A stretch of DNA of 60,043 nucleotides, taken from NCBI GenBank assembly GCA_943350445.1, contig CALRAE010000004.1:1-60043 (forward strand), read 5' to 3'. This DNA is from Candidatus Nomurabacteria bacterium (GTDB lineage: Bacteria; Patescibacteriota; Minisyncoccia; Phycocordibacterales; UBA9973). How positions within the stretch are numbered: the stretch's first letter is position 1; every line of letters starts with the position of its first letter. Below, one piece after another: positions 38,946 to 48,910 of the stretch. The notes under the pieces were generated by a model. That model did not search any database, was not told the DNA's origin, and saw nothing but the letters and a program-made list of their open reading frames with translations. The position numbers were made by a program, and so were the translations under genes.

Positions 38946-40025
38946 ATGGATAAAATAGAATTACAACAAAAAATAGCTTTATATTATTCAAAACTTCCAC
39001 CGAGTGTGCAGGTGTTGTTTTCTAGTATGAAATGGCTCGAAACTCTCAGGATAATCAGCCGAAAATATGGTCTAAATGACAAGCAGACAGAGACCTTGGG
39101 CACAGAGACGACCTTGGTGTTGCTTGGTATCATCCACCCTGTGGAATATGAAGAAGTTTTAACCAAAGAATTAGGATTGTCGACAGACTCCACAGACAGA
39201 ATGCTAGTGGAAATAGAAGAATCAATCTTGAAAACTATCCGCCCGCAACTCTCTCAGGCTTTTGAGGCTAATAAGAGTGCAGAATCAGGGGAGGCGCCCT
39301 ATGTGGGCTCAGATTTAGACCCACGTTTCGATAAACTGCCAACAGAAATCAAAAATATAATTAAAGAATCAAATTATCAGGAGACACTCTACAATGCTGG
39401 CAAGGAATACAATCTAAATGTGGCACAGATGGGCATCCTAGAAACAGCCGTCACTGATCTAACAGTTGGCTCTATCAAGCCCGATGCTTTTGAAAATTTT
39501 CTAAAAGCCAATCTAGGGATAGCGCCAGAAACAGTGAGAAAATTGGTAAATGAGCTCAACGATCAAATATTTAAAAAAATACGAGAGGCTTTAGTCAGAA
39601 ACACTGAAAGGAAAGAGGTGCTCGAAAGAGATCGAGACACAACTAAACAAGAAGAGGCTTTAATTTTTGAAAATAAAAGGGATACAGCCATACTAAATGA
39701 GCACGGCATCGAGATTGTGCCCGAAAAATTAGAGATCACAGGAAGACAGCAACCAGTAATAAACAAAGAAGAAATACTTAAAAAAGTGGAAGAAATTAAA
39801 ATTGTCCCAATACAGAAAGCTTTTGTTCAAACCAACACACCAAAAACAGAAACCTCAACAGTGAGTGAAAAAAGGGTTGACATGATATTGTCCCAAAAAT
39901 TGGCTGGTTCTATAAAGATCGGGGCAGCAGAAACGAGCCATTCATTACCAAACTTACAGTCTTCATCTTCAAGTGGAAAGAGTTTGGGTGGTAAAGCAGA
40001 CCCGTACCGAGAAATACCGGAGTAA
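38946..40025 (+). CDS. Conserved hypothetical protein of the secretion cluster
   Basis: Two ~100-aa internal repeats; C-terminal DPYREIPE. Confidence 0.75.
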   Translation: MDKIELQQKIALYYSKLPPSVQVLFSSMKWLETLRIISRKYGLNDKQTETLGTETTLVLLGIIHPVEYEEVLTKELGLSTDSTDRMLVEIEESILKTIRPQLSQAFEANKSAESGEAPYVGSDLDPRFDKLPTEIKNIIKESNYQETLYNAGKEYNLNVAQMGILETAVTDLTVGSIKPDAFENFLKANLGIAPETVRKLVNELNDQIFKKIREALVRNTERKEVLERDRDTTKQEEALIFENKRDTAILNEHGIEIVPEKLEITGRQQPVINKEEILKKVEEIKIVPIQKAFVQTNTPKTETSTVSEKRVDMILSQKLAGSIKIGAAETSHSLPNLQSSSSSGKSLGGKADPYREIPE

Positions 40026-40086
40026 ATGTTCTATAATGAAGTAGCTGGTTGATAATTCGTAATTATTAATTTGTAATTCATAATCC

Positions 40087-40512
40087 ATGCAGTTTAAGGT
40101 TCCACAATTTTTAGAAATAGAAGACAAGATATTCGGCCCATTCACTTTCAAAGAGTTCGTCTATTTGGCGGGTGGAGCTGGCTTGTGTTTTATAATTTAT
40201 AAACTACTTGGACTCACCTTGGGCGCCATACCCATTTTGGCTGTAGCGGGACTGTCTATCGCACTTGCACGATACAGACCCAACAATAAACCTTTCATTG
40301 AAATGATCGAGGCAGGATTTGGTTATCTTATTCAAAGTAAGCTGTATATTTGGAAAAGACGCAAGAATAAGGTTAATACAAAAGAGCAAGAAAGAGAGAA
40401 TGCGGAAAGGATAATAAATAGAGACACAGTAAGACTAGGAGGAAATAAGTTGAGAGATTTGGCTTGGAGTTTAGATGTACTTGATTTAAATAAACAGGGA
40501 AGAAATAAATAA
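40087..40512 (+). CDS. PrgI-family (VirB3-like) protein
   Basis: QFKVPQFLEIEDKIFGPFTFKEF plus two TMs. Confidence 0.88.
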   Translation: MQFKVPQFLEIEDKIFGPFTFKEFVYLAGGAGLCFIIYKLLGLTLGAIPILAVAGLSIALARYRPNNKPFIEMIEAGFGYLIQSKLYIWKRRKNKVNTKEQERENAERIINRDTVRLGGNKLRDLAWSLDVLDLNKQGRNK

Positions 40513-40513
40513 T

Positions 40514-41152
40514 ATGGCATTAAACGCAAAAGCAACTCAAGAGTTTGTCCCGATCAAGGAAGTACGCGATGGAATAATCGTGCTAAAAGACGGCAGTCTA
40601 AGGGCTATTGTGCTTGCTAATTCAGTAAACTTATCACTGAAGTCAAGCGACGAACAAAAAGCAACGATACTGCAATTCCAAAGCTTTCTTAATACATTAG
40701 ATTTCACTATACAGATATCAGTACAAAGTAGAAGGCTAGACATCCGACCATATCTTTTACTTTTAGAAAGCAGAATGAAGATACAAAACGAACCATTACT
40801 CAAGTTACAAACCAAAGAGTACATCGAATTCATTCGGAATTTCACCGAATCAGTCAGCATAATGACAAAAAGTTTTTTTGTGGTGGTGCCGTATACTCAC
40901 ACTGTCTTTAAATCAAATTCGAGCCTATTCAAAAGATTTTTTTCAAGAAGAAATAAAGAAGAGGCAGAAATAGCAAAACAGGAAGATTTCGAAGAAAAGA
41001 GGTCCCAGCTCGAAGAGAGGGTGAGCGTGATCCAACAAGGACTGAGCCGTTGTGGCATAAAATCAGCCCAGCTCGGCACGGAAGAAGTCGTAGAAGTATT
41101 TTATAAAGTCTTCAATCCAGGAGAAGTAGAAGGCAAGATTAAATTAGAATAA
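40514..41152 (+). CDS. VirB4-associated protein (TraC/VirB4 N-terminal-like)
   Basis: TQEFVPIKEVRDG, NLSLKS.DEQ, FLNTLDF; lies between prgI and virB4. Confidence 0.75.
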   Translation: MALNAKATQEFVPIKEVRDGIIVLKDGSLRAIVLANSVNLSLKSSDEQKATILQFQSFLNTLDFTIQISVQSRRLDIRPYLLLLESRMKIQNEPLLKLQTKEYIEFIRNFTESVSIMTKSFFVVVPYTHTVFKSNSSLFKRFFSRRNKEEAEIAKQEDFEEKRSQLEERVSVIQQGLSRCGIKSAQLGTEEVVEVFYKVFNPGEVEGKIKLE

Positions 41153-41155
41153 GTA

Positions 41156-41193
41156 AGCTAGGCAAGACCTAACATGTTAGGTCTTGCCTAGCT
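41156..41193. repeat. Perfect 38-bp palindrome
   Basis: agctaggcaagacctaacatgttaggtcttgcctagct. Confidence 0.9.
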
Positions 41194-41205
41194 CGCAACA
41201 AAATT

Positions 41206-43068
41206 ATGGGATTTTTTGATAAATTATTTAAAAAGAAAAATACGGGACTTAATGGAAGTGCATATTCTTCTCTGGAAACACGCGCCTCTATTTTAGCCGT
41301 TCAACCAGAACAAATATATGAATCAGCCAGCCTAGAACTCCAGGATGTCATATCTCCATCTGCCCTCAAGATCGAACCAAAATCCTTAAACCTAGGGGAT
41401 AAAATAGCTCGTACCTTTTTCATAATATCTTACCCGCGATACTTAAGCGATAATTGGTTGTCTCCAATAATTAACTTAGATAAAGTTTTTGATATTTCAA
41501 TTTTTGTGCATCCGATAGATACTTCCGTAATACTCCGACAATTTCAAAAAAAGGTAGCAGAAATACAGAGCCAGATAAATGCACGCGAAGGGAAGGGAAT
41601 GGTGCGTGATCCAATACTCGACACTTCATACCAAGATTTGGAAGGTCTGCGTGATAATCTAAGTCAATCACAGGAAAAAATGTTTGACGTTGGTATTTAC
41701 ATTACTATCTATGCAGATAATGATTTAGAGCTCTTCAAAATAGAGAGCGAGATCAAGTCAATGCTCGAATCAAAACTCATATATATAAAGCCAGCGCTTT
41801 TCCAACAAGAAGATGGATTTAAGAGTGTTATACCTATTAATACCGACCTACTAAATATCCACCAGAAGTTGAATTCTGAGCCTCTTTCGAGTGTTTTCCC
41901 ATTTATTTCTTTTGACCTAACTTCAGACAAGGGAATACTCTATGGTATCAACAGACATAATTCTAGTTTGGTTATCTTTGATCGATTTTCTCTTGAGAAC
42001 TACAACTCTGTAACTTTTGCAAAGTCTGGTTCGGGTAAATCCTACGCCATAAAACTAGAAATCTTGAGATCTTTGATGTTTGATATCGATGTCATCGTCA
42101 TAGATCCAGAAAAAGAATATGAATTCTTGGCAGAAGCTATCGGTGGAAGATATTTCAACATTTCTCTTTCTTCATACCACCACATGAACCCTTTTGACCT
42201 GCCGATACCGCGTGAAGATGAAACAGCAGAAGACGTCTTGCGATCAAACATTATCAACCTTGTGGGACTTTTCCGATTGATGTTGGGTGGGCTCACACCA
42301 GAAGAGGATTCGATGGTGGACCGAGCAATTTCAGAGACTTATGCGATAAAAGACATTACCCCAGAATCAGATTTCTCAAATATTGAACCTCCACTTCTTT
42401 CTGATTTTGAAATGGTGCTGACAGGTATGGACGGCAGTGATTCTGTAGTGCAACGTTTGGCTAAATATACTCGCGGCTCTTGGTCAACATTTTTAAATCG
42501 ACCAAGTAACGTGGATATAAACAAAAAATTTGTTGTTTTTTCTGTTCGTGATATGGAAGACGAACTAAAACCAGTGGCAATGTACATTATTATGCATTTC
42601 ATCTGGAATGCGATACGCAAGAACCTCAAAAAGCGCCTGCTAATTGTCGATGAAGCTTGGTGGATGATGAAATCAGAAGATACTGCGTCTTTCCTATATT
42701 CTATTGCCAAAAGAGGCAGAAAATACTATCTGGGACTTGCCACCATCACCCAAGATGCGGCAGACTTTATGAAATCCCCATATGGTGTACCTATAGTTAC
42801 AAACTCTTCTATTCAGCTACTCCTAAAACAATCACCTACAACTATTGATGTTTTACAAAAAACCTTTAACCTAACTGATGAGGAGAAATATTTACTTTTA
42901 GAGTCAGGAGTAGGGGAAGGGATATTTTTCGCCGGTTTGAAACATGTCGCCATCAAAATCATTGCATCTTATACTGAAGATCAGATCATCACCTCGGATC
43001 CTTCACAAATACTATCAAACAGAAAAGCAAAGGAAGAGCAGGAGGCGGCACAGACAGAGAAAAAGTAG
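41206..43068 (+). CDS. VirB4-like ATPase
   Basis: Walker A AKSGSGKS, IDPEKEY, Walker B IVDEAW, KRGRKY, TQD. Confidence 0.9.
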   Translation: MGFFDKLFKKKNTGLNGSAYSSLETRASILAVQPEQIYESASLELQDVISPSALKIEPKSLNLGDKIARTFFIISYPRYLSDNWLSPIINLDKVFDISIFVHPIDTSVILRQFQKKVAEIQSQINAREGKGMVRDPILDTSYQDLEGLRDNLSQSQEKMFDVGIYITIYADNDLELFKIESEIKSMLESKLIYIKPALFQQEDGFKSVIPINTDLLNIHQKLNSEPLSSVFPFISFDLTSDKGILYGINRHNSSLVIFDRFSLENYNSVTFAKSGSGKSYAIKLEILRSLMFDIDVIVIDPEKEYEFLAEAIGGRYFNISLSSYHHMNPFDLPIPREDETAEDVLRSNIINLVGLFRLMLGGLTPEEDSMVDRAISETYAIKDITPESDFSNIEPPLLSDFEMVLTGMDGSDSVVQRLAKYTRGSWSTFLNRPSNVDINKKFVVFSVRDMEDELKPVAMYIIMHFIWNAIRKNLKKRLLIVDEAWWMMKSEDTASFLYSIAKRGRKYYLGLATITQDAADFMKSPYGVPIVTNSSIQLLLKQSPTTIDVLQKTFNLTDEEKYLLLESGVGEGIFFAGLKHVAIKIIASYTEDQIITSDPSQILSNRKAKEEQEAAQTEKK

Positions 43069-43157
43069 AATTTAAGGACGGTTCTTAAGAGAGTTTCCCA
43101 AAGAACCGTCCTTGTTGAGAGCTTTAGAAAGTAATGTAATTAGAGTATAATTAAATT

Positions 43158-44144
43158 ATGCGATTAAAATTCTTAACATTATATTTAATCACCATATTTG
43201 CAGTATTTGGATTAATTCCTATACAAAAGGCAGACGCTACTCCTACTGATAGCATCTTGGTTAGCATGGTGCCTCCGAATCCAAATCCTAACGCAAATGT
43301 AACCATAACCCTAAAAAGCTATGCGTATAATTTAGACAGCGCCCAAATATCTTGGTCAATAGCTGGCAAAGTTATCATTTCAGAAATTGGGAAAAAATCA
43401 TTTTCCACCACCGCGCCTGCGGCTGGAGGGGAGATAAATGTGGTAGCCACGTTATACTTACCAGACGGACCCATCGAGAAAAATATATTAATACAGCCTT
43501 CTGTAATGATATTACTATGGCAAGCCATGGACTCTTATGTCCCGCCTTTCTATAAGGGCAAGGCTCTACCGACAGCTGATAGTGAAGTGAGGGTGACTGC
43601 TATGCCAGAAATAAGAACCGGCTCTCTGTTAAGTGATCCAAAAAATATGATCTACTCTTGGAAAAAAGATTATACGAACAATGTAGATGGCTCTGGTTAC
43701 GGAAAAAATTCTTTTAGTTATGTTGGTGATTATTTAGACGATTCAAACAATGTATCCGTCATCGCTTCAACTATAGACCAAAAGTTTTCCTCCGAGGAAA
43801 ACATATACATAGGCATATCAACGCCAAAAATATTGTTTTATAAAAACGACAACAAGCTAGGGACAATTTGGGAACAAACACTTCTAAATGAGCACAAAAT
43901 AGAGGGGAGTGAGGTAGTGCAAGTAGTGCCTTATTTTATTTCACCAAAACAACTGCTGAATCCACTTTTAGTGTGGGACTGGTTCATCAATGATGAAAGA
44001 GTAAATTTGGCAAGCTTTAGGAAAAACCTAATGCCACTGCAAGCACAGAGTGGAGTCTCTGGAAGATCGAAGCTCAAGCTTGAAATTACAAATAAGTATA
44101 AAATTTTCCAGACGGCTAATAATGAGATAGAAATAAGTTTTTAA
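43158..44144 (+). CDS. Exported beta-rich (Ig-like) protein
   Basis: Signal peptide; P.NPNP, W.A.DSYVPPFYKGKALP. Confidence 0.8.
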   Translation: MRLKFLTLYLITIFAVFGLIPIQKADATPTDSILVSMVPPNPNPNANVTITLKSYAYNLDSAQISWSIAGKVIISEIGKKSFSTTAPAAGGEINVVATLYLPDGPIEKNILIQPSVMILLWQAMDSYVPPFYKGKALPTADSEVRVTAMPEIRTGSLLSDPKNMIYSWKKDYTNNVDGSGYGKNSFSYVGDYLDDSNNVSVIASTIDQKFSSEENIYIGISTPKILFYKNDNKLGTIWEQTLLNEHKIEGSEVVQVVPYFISPKQLLNPLLVWDWFINDERVNLASFRKNLMPLQAQSGVSGRSKLKLEITNKYKIFQTANNEIEISF

Positions 44145-44147
44145 AAT

Positions 44148-45233
44148 ATGAAATACGTAAAATACATTCTTATACTTGTTGCATTAATCGGATTTTTTGT
44201 GCCGATGATAAAAGTGGATGCCCAAGCTGCTCCACAGGGAACTTGTACTTACAATTATATTGTAAGGGGGACAGTTAGAAACACACCAACAGAAATAGAA
44301 ACTGAAGCGGCTTGTAGGGCAAGACCATCGCCAATATCTTGGACAACTTGTATGTACACAGCAAACAACCGTAGTAACAGTAGACTCGAAGCTCCAAGTG
44401 ACACTGAAACGCGATGTAAAACACGATTAGGCGGAACATGGACATCAATATCATTAAATGGAACGACCCCGAGTACAGGAGGGGGGGCTGGCGGAGTAAC
44501 GGCTCCTGTAAATTCTACATACCAATTTTTGGCTCCACTGCCTTGCGAGCCAAGTAAAGATGCAGGATGTGACCCAACTACAAAGACTCTCAAGACCTTT
44601 GATGCCACTAGCGGCTTGGTTGCATATCTAAACTTAATGATAAAGATATTCATCGGCTTGTGTGCAGTTTTAGCCGTAGTGATGATAGTGGTAGGAGGTA
44701 TGGAGTATATGACGAGTGAGCTCGCCCACACCAAAGAATCCGGCAAGGAGAGGATTGAACATGCACTACTGGGCCTCATCATAGCCCTAGGTGCCTATGC
44801 GCTTCTTTTTACGATAAATCCCGATCTGCTCAAATCAGATATAAAACCAACATCGACAAATGTCACCCTACCCGCATCACAAGGAGATCTTATTGTTAAT
44901 AATAAACAACCAGAAACAATAGGAAGTTGTTCTTATAAAATTGAAAATATAAATTTTACCATAAACGATAGCAAAGAACTGTGTGATAGATTAAAGGGGA
45001 CATGGACAGCAAATACATCTGGTGGAAATAGTCAGCCGCCAGAAACAAATAGCCGGCCTGCTACTGGAGCTACAACACAAGGAAGTTGGTACTTCAAACC
45101 TCAAAGTCCTAGTGGAATGAATATAATTGCTGGACCTTTTACGACTCAAGAAGAATGTATACAAAGAGAAACGACAGACGGTTATCCGATAATAAAACCG
45201 TGCACTCAGTCTAATGGAACACCAAACTGGTAA
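44148..45233 (+). CDS. TrbC/VirB2-like pilin-domain protein with Cys-rich flanks
   Basis: AVLAVVMIVVGGMEYMTS...GKERI..ALLGLIIAL..Y.LL.TINPDL. Confidence 0.82.
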   Translation: MKYVKYILILVALIGFFVPMIKVDAQAAPQGTCTYNYIVRGTVRNTPTEIETEAACRARPSPISWTTCMYTANNRSNSRLEAPSDTETRCKTRLGGTWTSISLNGTTPSTGGGAGGVTAPVNSTYQFLAPLPCEPSKDAGCDPTTKTLKTFDATSGLVAYLNLMIKIFIGLCAVLAVVMIVVGGMEYMTSELAHTKESGKERIEHALLGLIIALGAYALLFTINPDLLKSDIKPTSTNVTLPASQGDLIVNNKQPETIGSCSYKIENINFTINDSKELCDRLKGTWTANTSGGNSQPPETNSRPATGATTQGSWYFKPQSPSGMNIIAGPFTTQEECIQRETTDGYPIIKPCTQSNGTPNW

Positions 45234-45237
45234 TTTT

Positions 45238-46590
45238 ATGTCAAAAAGAAATTTTATACTTTTAATAATAATTCTGGTCATCGTAATAATTGCTGTTTTA
45301 GGATTTCTGTATCTACGAAAAGACACAACCACCCCGACAGATCCTGGCATAGGGACAAACTTTTTCTCACAATTTAATCCTTTTGGAACAAAGCCCACAC
45401 CTCCAGTCACCAAGCCTCCAGTAGATGTCTCTGGATACCAGCCACCGACTGCACCAGAACAAACCAAACTAATGAAGGTTTCTAGTATGCCTGTAGCTGG
45501 ATTCACTGTATTCACTAAAGAAAGGCTCAAGGACGTACCCGTAGCCCCCCTCCTTGTGGAGGAGGGGGTTCCGGGTGGTGAAACTCCTACCACACCGACA
45601 GCAAAAAAATCGACAAAAGTTACCCCGACTGCACCACTCACTGAATTCGTCTTGGCTTTGAGGTATGTGGCAAGATCTAACGGTAACATCTACCAAACAT
45701 TTGTAGATAAAATCCAAGAAAGAAAATTCTCTAAAACTGTAATCCCAAAAGTGTATGATGCTTATTTTGGCAACCGCGGGAATTCTGTAGTTATGCGATA
45801 TTTAAAATCTAATGATGAGACGATAGAAACCTTCGTTGGAGCTTTACCAAAAGAATTACTAGGAGGGGACACAACCATAAACAACGAAGTTAAAGGCTCC
45901 TTTTTGCCAAATAATGTAAAAGATGCCAGCGTATCGCCTGATGGTTCAAAAATTTTCTACTTGTTTGAGGATGAAAATGGTGTTGTGGGAACAATTTTAA
46001 ATTTTACAGACAACAAGAAAACTCAAATTTTTGATTCTCCTTTTACTGAATGGTTGTCAGTTTGGCCAAATAGTAGCCTGATAAATCTTACAACCAAACC
46101 TTCTGCGAATATCCCTGGATATGTTTATACGATGAATTCGAGCGGAAGCAATTTAAGTAAAATCTTGGGCGACATCAACGGACTCACGACTTTAGGTGGC
46201 CCAAATAGTAAATCGATCCTCTACGGCGATGATAAACTGTCTTTGAATATTTACAATATTGACAAAAGAAGCTCAGAGAAACTAGGATTAAAAACACTTC
46301 CAGAAAAATGTGTCTGGAATAAAACAGGGGACTTTATATATTGTGCTGTACCGATAACGGTTGAAGGAAATTTATATCCAGACGCTTGGTATCAAGGGGT
46401 AACAACTTTTGATGATCAATTTTGGAAAATAGATGTAAAAACTGGCAACACTACAACAATCTTGGACCCAGTAGATGAAAAAGGTGGGACAGCCATAGAT
46501 GGAACCAAACTCACCCTAGATGAAAACGAAAATTACCTATTTTTCGTAAACAAAAAAGATTCTTTTCTTTGGAAGCTGGATCTTAAGTAA
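45238..46590 (+). CDS. Membrane-anchored beta-propeller-like protein
   Basis: Signal anchor from MSKRNF, Pro/Thr linker, SPDGSKIFY TolB/WD40-like blades. Confidence 0.8.
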   Translation: MSKRNFILLIIILVIVIIAVLGFLYLRKDTTTPTDPGIGTNFFSQFNPFGTKPTPPVTKPPVDVSGYQPPTAPEQTKLMKVSSMPVAGFTVFTKERLKDVPVAPLLVEEGVPGGETPTTPTAKKSTKVTPTAPLTEFVLALRYVARSNGNIYQTFVDKIQERKFSKTVIPKVYDAYFGNRGNSVVMRYLKSNDETIETFVGALPKELLGGDTTINNEVKGSFLPNNVKDASVSPDGSKIFYLFEDENGVVGTILNFTDNKKTQIFDSPFTEWLSVWPNSSLINLTTKPSANIPGYVYTMNSSGSNLSKILGDINGLTTLGGPNSKSILYGDDKLSLNIYNIDKRSSEKLGLKTLPEKCVWNKTGDFIYCAVPITVEGNLYPDAWYQGVTTFDDQFWKIDVKTGNTTTILDPVDEKGGTAIDGTKLTLDENENYLFFVNKKDSFLWKLDLK

Positions 46591-46706
46591 AAAAAATTAA
46601 GAAATAAACTTTTGAAGGGGTTTCGTAGGCTGACGAGCCGAGAACTTCAGAATTTTTCAAGCTTCGAAAAATTCGTACCGGAAAAAGTTTGATTTCTTAA
46701 TTTTTT
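46591..46706. repeat. Long hairpin element, family B, filling the gap between two convergent stop codons
   Basis: Arms aaaaaattaagaaataaactttt / aaaagtttgatttcttaatttttt; core cgtaggctgacgagccgag. Confidence 0.85.
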
Positions 46707-47187
46707 AAATAGAGCCCGTATATTTTATCACCACTCGGCGAGAAAGGCCCATACCTGTTGACTCAGTTTTAAGATCTGTCGCACCAGAGAGGAATTCGTG
46801 TACAATACGACGTTCAAAAGCTGACATCGGATCAACTTCAATGCTTGATTTGAAATATCGTGCCCTTTCTCCCATCATGTGAGCCACGGCTCGGACGTTT
46901 TCTACACGCTTTTTTTGAAAACCATTAATATCAATTAAAATATTGGAGGAATTAGATTCTGGATCTTTTACTTTATCTGTTATATCAACCTCAATCATTC
47001 TACGAACAAGATGATTTAGGGCGTACAAAGCTTCACCATCATGACCTATAAAAAAGTGCGGTTCATTGACCTCGACTGAGAACCAGGTGCTGTCTGCACC
47101 ATCAGGAGTAATGACAATATCTTTTACCACAACCCCAGTTTTCTCAACCAACTCTTTTATTAAATTTTGTATCTTTGACTTATCCAT
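46705..47187 (-). CDS. jag: Jag/KhpB-like KH-R3H RNA-binding protein
   Basis: IGHDGEALYAL, PMSAFERRIVH; follows yidC. Confidence 0.88.
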   Translation of the reverse strand: MDKSKIQNLIKELVEKTGVVVKDIVITPDGADSTWFSVEVNEPHFFIGHDGEALYALNHLVRRMIEVDITDKVKDPESNSSNILIDINGFQKKRVENVRAVAHMMGERARYFKSSIEVDPMSAFERRIVHEFLSGATDLKTESTGMGLSRRVVIKYTGSI

Positions 47188-47189
47188 AT

Positions 47190-47939
47190 CTACTTTTTAC
47201 TAATTAAAACCTCAACTTCCTTATCTAAAACCTTCTTTTCGGTCCTATTAACATAAATCTGCTGGCCTACAGAGAAAATATTACTCGTTATCCAATATAA
47301 TGCAACTGCACCAGAAATACTGTAAGCAATCCAAGTAATGAGAATTGGGAAAACATACTTCATCTGCATCTGCATGCTTTTAGTGAAACTCTCTTGAAAA
47401 GATCCACCAGGAGTAGCAGAAACTGTAGGTTTTGGCATAAAATGTGCTTGAAGATATTGCGACACACCCGCCAAGAGCGCCAAAAGTAAACTTTTAGCAC
47501 CTAAATCTATAAAGCCCAGGAAAATCATGTTTGTTTCTGTTGGTATGTGAATAAAGGAATAGAGTAGGCTTCCATCGAAAGCAATACCTTTGAAAAATAC
47601 ATAGTAAAGAGCAAAAATAATAGGGATCTGGATTAAAACTAAAAGGCAACCGGAAAAAGGATTGGTTTTGTGTTTTTTGTAAAGTTCAAAGGTTAACCTC
47701 GCTTGTTCTTCTTTACTAGCTCCACTTTTCTTAATTTTATCAATTTCTGGAGCAAGCATCGTCATTGCTGCCTGATTTTTGATAGATTTCTGAGAAAAAG
47801 GGAAGAGGAGAAGTTTAACTAAAATAGTAAGTATTATTACTGATAGACCAATGTCGCCACCCGGTATAACTGAAACTAAAAAAGCCAATGCGTTTATTAG
47901 AGGTTTATATAAAAAGACATTCCAAATATCATGAATCAT
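47190..47939 (-). CDS. yidC: Membrane protein insertase YidC
   Basis: NPFSGCL..LIQIPI, LYWITSN. Confidence 0.95.
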   Translation of the reverse strand: MIHDIWNVFLYKPLINALAFLVSVIPGGDIGLSVIILTILVKLLLFPFSQKSIKNQAAMTMLAPEIDKIKKSGASKEEQARLTFELYKKHKTNPFSGCLLVLIQIPIIFALYYVFFKGIAFDGSLLYSFIHIPTETNMIFLGFIDLGAKSLLLALLAGVSQYLQAHFMPKPTVSATPGGSFQESFTKSMQMQMKYVFPILITWIAYSISGAVALYWITSNIFSVGQQIYVNRTEKKVLDKEVEVLISKK

Positions 47940-47973
47940 AGTCCAATTCTATATGAAAATGCGAGAAAATGCG

Positions 47974-48073
47974 AGAAAATGTACAATTGCACAAATTTTA
48001 CACTTCCGAGGGTCCCACTCGGTAATCCGAGAAGGGCGCAGGAATGTAAAATTTGTGCAATTGTACATTTTCT
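47974..48073. repeat. Long hairpin element, family A (29-bp perfect arms)
   Basis: Arms 47974-48002 / 48045-48073; core 48006-48042. Confidence 0.9.
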
Positions 48074-48288
48074 TAAAGAAGTGGGTCAATATGATTTTTT
48101 TGCCATGGGTGGCAATGCAAAATTCTGCGAAAACCTAAATAAGAACCTTTGAGTAACCCATATTTTTCTATGGCTTGTTTGGTATATTCAGAACAAGTAG
48201 GATAAAACACGCAAGTAGGTTTCAGAATTGGACTAATTCTTTTCTGATAAAAATTAATTAATTTTACTGAAAATATTTTTAATTTCAT
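48073..48288 (-). CDS. yidD: Membrane protein insertion efficiency factor YidD
   Basis: [25 protein letters not shown]. Confidence 0.93.
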   Translation of the reverse strand: MKLKIFSVKLINFYQKRISPILKPTCVFYPTCSEYTKQAIEKYGLLKGSYLGFRRILHCHPWQKNHIDPLL

Positions 48289-48577
48289 TAGAAAGTATTA
48301 AAATGTCATCTTGATATTTTTTAAAAACCAAAACACCTGTAATTCCAAGAGGGGATAGCTGAATATTTTTCTCTAAAACCTTATATCCAAGCCTTCTGAG
48401 TAAATTCCTTTTGACTGCAAGTTTGACCACACTTTTAGATGCTAAACAGGAAATTTTCACTTCTTTGGTATTGTTCTTTATATAACGAAAAGATAGATTT
48501 GGAGAATTTAAAATTCTACCTTCTTTAAAGATTTGTTCTACTTCTTTAGTAAGTGCTCTATTCTTTTTAGGCAACAT
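48254..48577 (-). CDS. rnpA: RNase P protein
   Basis: [16 protein letters not shown]; synteny. Confidence 0.9.
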   Translation of the reverse strand: MLPKKNRALTKEVEQIFKEGRILNSPNLSFRYIKNNTKEVKISCLASKSVVKLAVKRNLLRRLGYKVLEKNIQLSPLGITGVLVFKKYQDDILILSNEIKNIFSKIN

Positions 48578-48610
48578 AACAAGACCCTTATAAGAGAGGG
48601 TTAAGAACAA

Positions 48611-48745
48611 TTAGACGCTAAGCTTCTTTCGGCCTTTTTGGCGTCTCCTTTTTAAGACTTGTTTACCAGTCTTAATTCTAGATCGAACCAAAAATCCATG
48701 GCTTCGAGCTCTTTTCCTTTTTTTAGGTTTATATGTAAATGACAT
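48611..48745 (-). CDS. rpmH: 50S ribosomal protein L34 (absent from the ORF track)
   Basis: [44 protein letters not shown]. Confidence 0.96.
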   Translation of the reverse strand: MSFTYKPKKRKRARSHGFLVRSRIKTGKQVLKRRRQKGRKKLSV

Positions 48746-48779
48746 GTGATACAGTCTATAATATTATCGAGAATAAATC

Positions 48780-48905
48780 AAATTCACCTCAACCTTCGCC
48801 CTCTCCTGACAGGAGAGGGGCGGGGAGAGGTTATTTATCCACAGCTTATCAACATAGTTAATAAGTTTCCACAAGTTTTATTTAAAAGCTAAATAGTATA
48901 ATATG
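48780..48905. other. oriC part 1: DnaA boxes upstream of dnaA
   Basis: ttatccaca 48835-48843, ttatcaaca 48846-48854, tttccaca near 48866. Confidence 0.75.
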
Positions 48906-48910
48906 GAGCA

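Noticed and set aside
46617-46650. CTGACGA suggesting a hammerhead ribozyme core
   Set aside because: No stem II plus GAAA follows, and the motif is not kept in the 17208 or 55560 copies
47931-48152. Plus-strand ORFs across the yidD-yidC gap
   Set aside because: Artefacts of the palindrome and a 10-nt tandem repeat (gaaaatgcga)
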